This document shows positions 27,627 to 38,061 of a stretch of DNA of 38,061 bases, in pieces. The notes under the pieces are model-generated. The model ran no database searches. It had not been told where the DNA came from and was given only the letters and a program-made list of their open reading frames with translations. This DNA comes from Neocallimastix sp. 'constans'. Lineage: Eukaryota. Where the stretch lies: positions 558,001 through 596,061 of the forward strand of contig JBODTK010000103.1 of the NCBI GenBank assembly GCA_050613775.1, read 5' to 3'. The translations under genes were made by a program, and so were the position numbers. Each line of letters starts with the position of its first letter. Position 1 is the stretch's first letter.

Positions 27627-28171
27627 TTATTGTAATCCGTACCATTTAGAATTATTCATTTGTACTTTTGGACGTGTTGGGATCATTGGTTCTTTAATAT
27701 CATATACTTCGATAATTTCTTTCCAAGTATTTTCATCTATTTCTAAAACAAATTGCTTTTTCTTAATACCATGTAAATAATCTTCTTCATCAGGTGGATC
27801 TGTTCTTTCTAAAGTATTAAATATATAAATAAATATTTAATAAAATAAATATTTAATAAAATATATTAAATATTTTTATAAATTTACCTATAATCAATTC
27901 ACCATCTTTTTCATCAAGTAATGCTTTTCCATCACGAATAAGAAATGATAAATAAAATATATTTTCTACTGTTTGGCTGAATGAATCTGGATTGACAATA
28001 AATTCAAAAAGATTGACTTGACCTTTTTGTTCTAATATTTCTCCTATTTGAAAAACATTTTTTGTTGTTTCATTTTCTTGTTCTTTAATATCTTCTTTTC
28101 TAATCTTTATTTTATTTTTATTTTTTTTTTAATTAAAAAAAAAAAATATTTTAAAATATTATATATATATA

Positions 28172-28225
<54 letters not shown>

Positions 28226-28872
28226 CTTTTTTTTAATAAATATATATTTAATTTTATATTGTTAAGAAATATTTTACTTCTTGTGGTTTTTTTAAATTCA
28301 CTGAATTTTTATTTTCCCTTGTATGCCTAACAATACTTCTCTTTTCTTTTTGTTCGGTAGATAATGGCCCAATCCTATTAAATAGTTATAAATTTATGAT
28401 AGAAAATATAAATTTATATTATTCTTAGCATTATATCAGAATAATTAATTTATATTTATGTTTTTAATATTTGATGTTAAAATTTATACTTATACTTACA
28501 TATTATCAATTTTAGGTACTCTATCAAAAAATGGTTCAGCTCTTATTCCAATATTTTCCCATTTTAATGATCTTAAATTTACATTTTCTTCATTATCCTC
28601 ATCTTCTTGCTTAATGTCATGTCTACCACCCATAATAGTTAATAATTTATTTATCCAATCTTCAGTATCAAAATTTTCGCCAGCGAGTTTCATTGATTCA
28701 GCTTGCTTTGCACCAATTTCTGCAGATTCTAAAAGAAATTGGGAATCTAATGTTGCTTCTTGTGTTCTATTAACTGTATTAAATAATTAAATTATAAAAA
28801 AATAATTACAAAAATAATTAAAAAAATAATGTAAATTTTTTATGTAATTTTTTTTTATTATATTTATTATAA

Positions 28873-28920
<48 letters not shown>

Positions 28921-29213
28921 GTCTTTATATTTACCCTTTTGATATAATTCATCTACTGATTCAATTATTTCAATTAATTTATCTGGTGAATTTACATCTT
29001 AAAATTATAAAGAAATTTGAATTGAATTTCATTTTATTAATTAATTATATATATATTTACTTTTTTAATAACATTTATATATATTATTTATATTTTTATT
29101 TTACCTGGTAAACCTTCAATATGATTTCTATATTTCATTCTAATTTTTCTATTTTCATTCTCTGATAGAGAATAAAATTTGTTTAATTTATCATTTCCAT
29201 TATCGTCATCCAT
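27627..29213 (-). CDS. NSE4: Smc5/6 complex kleisin Nse4 (NSE4/EID family), 6 exons
   Basis: GT-AG exons join in frame from ATG 29213 to TAA 27629-27627. Motifs: RKIRMKYR, VNRTQEATLDSQFL, MIGPL, ENETTKNV, NLFEFIVNPDSFSQTVENIFYLSFLIRDG, WKEIIEVYDIKEPMIPTR. Confidence 0.92.
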
Positions 29214-30323
29214 TTTTTATGTTATTTTTATATTTAAAAGCAAATTATTACTGTGAATAAATATTTTTACGGAAATGAATTGAATTAAATTATATAAATT
29301 AAAGATTTGAATTGATAATGTTATTTTTATATTTAATTTATAATACTTTGTATACTTCTTTTTTTTAGTTATTTATTATTATTACTTTATTATAATACTA
29401 TTATATTTGATTAGTTCATTTTAAATATGTTGGTAATATGGAATTAAGAAAATTTAATATAAATTCTAATGACATACACGTGTAATATTTTATTTAATGA
29501 ATAAAAAAATAATTATATGATATTAATTAAAGAACGTTTTATTAAAGATGAAATAAAAAAATTTTAAGGAAAATATTAAACGATGTTAAGTTATTTTTAG
29601 GTCCCAATTTTGTATTATTATTTTTATTTGTATCATATAATCATAAATAATAGTTATCATTGGGCGTTGAACAAAAAAAAAAAAAAAAAACTTTAATATT
29701 TATTTAAAATTAGATAATAAAAGCTAAAAAATAAAAAAGTAATAAAAAAATAGTGGAAATTCAAAAAATTTAATAATTTTAATGCTATTAAGAAATTTAA
29801 ATTTAAATAATTATATAAAAGGATAAAATTACACTTTTTTAATAATAAATGATTTTGAATATAAAATTTTTAGTTTATAATTTAATTAATATGATATTTA
29901 TCATATAAAATAATTAATATCAATAAAAATTTATTAAAATTATTTATTATGTATAATTATTATTTAAAGTTTATATTTTTTTCTTTATTATTGCTATAGA
30001 TTGAATAATGCAATTTTTATAATTTAATGGAAAAACTTAATATTTAATCTGTATGCTTTTATATATTAATATATATATTATTTTATTTGTGTAAATTATA
30101 TTTAAATTTTTTTCTTTAATAGTTATATATATAGTTAAAATACATAGTTATATATATATATATATGTATCATTGTGAATTATCTTATGTATAAATATACA
30201 TATATAAAATAAAAATATTATTGGATTTTGGAAACTAAAAAAAAAAGGTCTTGAAAGGGAAAAAAATATGAATATAATCATTTATTCTTTTTATTTTTAA
30301 AAATATTTTATGAAATAATAATT

Positions 30324-30360
<37 letters not shown>

Positions 30361-30658
30361 TTGAATAAACAGTTATTATACAATATTAATATAATACATA
30401 ATAATTAAATATACACTTGAAAATTTATGAAATTTAATATATTCAAACTGAAAGTTATTATTGATACTTCTATCTATCTATCTATCTATATATATCAATA
30501 TATAATAATAATGATTATCTTACGTTCTGAAATAATATTAAACATCATATAATAAATACAAACAATAAAAAATATATAATTTATAAAATATTAATTTTAA
30601 TATTTATATTATTTAAGGATTGATATCACCGATATATAAAAATAAAATTTATATAGAA

Positions 30659-36952
<6,294 letters not shown>

Positions 36953-38061
36953 ATAGGCATTCATATTATATACTTTTTTATTTATTTATTTATTTATTTA
37001 GGAGAATAAAAAAAAAAAGAAAAAGGAAATAATTAAAAAAATTAATATTAATATAATAGAGAGTATTTGTTTTTTAATTATAAAAACACATATAAAATAT
37101 TTTTTGTTTCATTATAAAATAAATTTAATATTTATAAGTATATAAAGTTTATTTAAAAAATAAGTTTTTAAAATATATATATACACATATATTTAGTAAA
37201 AATTTATAAAACTAATTATATATATATTTTTGAAAAAAAAAAAAAAAAAAAGAAAAGCTAAATATATCTATATTATCTGTAATTCTATGTTAATTTATTT
37301 AAAATCATTTTGAAGTATTAAATATTATAATTTAACAAAGACTAATACTTCGTTATATAAATAAAATATTATTAAATAATGATATATCATTTGAATATAA
37401 AATTTTATTATAATATAAAAAAATAATAATAATAATAATAATAAATAAATTGTTACAATTAAATAATATTCTAATTAGAATATAGTTTACTTATTCTGAT
37501 GATGTTATTATTATTATTATTATTATTATATTTATTATTATTATTAAATATTTTATTATCATTAATAATTATTATTTATTTTATTTTAATTATTCTTAAA
37601 CAAAATAAAATAATGGGATGGCCATTAAATTTAGAAAAAAAATAACATCTTAAATTTATTATTTGAATATATAATTTTTTTTTTAGTGATATTTCGATTA
37701 TTTTTAAAATATTAAAAAGTCTAATTAATACATTATTAAAATAAATTGATATATTTAAATAAAATAATATATAACTAATAAAAATTACGATATAGTAGTA
37801 TTAAATTGATACTGAAATTATAAATATATTAATACCGATATATTTATAAATTAATGAAATATAGTATTGACAATACATGTTAAAGGGAATAGTAAAAATA
37901 TAAAAATTGTATATTAAATAATTTAATAAATTTAATAACATTATATTTTTTATTATTACGTGTAAATTTATTTTATTTTAATAAATATTAAATTAAGCAT
38001 TATCTGAAAATATTATAATTAATTATTTATATTAATATTATAACTTTAAATAAAAACAAAA

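Overview
Extremely AT-rich, intron-rich eukaryotic DNA. The composition, short GT-AG introns and microsatellites suggest an anaerobic gut fungus (Neocallimastigomycota); this is inference. The first 13.3 kb is a nest of LTR retrotransposons. A decayed Ty3/gypsy 3' remnant (~490-715) is followed by a minus-strand Ty1/copia element (835-13281, 259-bp LTRs). An intact plus-strand Ty3/gypsy chromovirus (4644-11881, 768-bp LTRs, CAGTA target-site duplication) has inserted into that copia's protease DTG codons. Both complete elements appear to use non-standard priming. The copia primer-binding site (PBS) matches the anticodon arm of tRNA-Lys(CUU), implying half-tRNA priming. The gypsy PBS is complementary to 11 nt inside its own LTR (Tf1-type self-priming) and is followed by an ~11.6 x 36-bp tandem array. 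The rest holds five spliced host genes: PAXBP1/GCFC2-like (-), CHTOP/FoP-like (+), MET22/HAL2-like (-), NSE4 (-) and a large RasGEF (+). The RasGEF reading frame is best restored by a U12-type AT-AC intron (34882-34999). All exon models were derived by eye.
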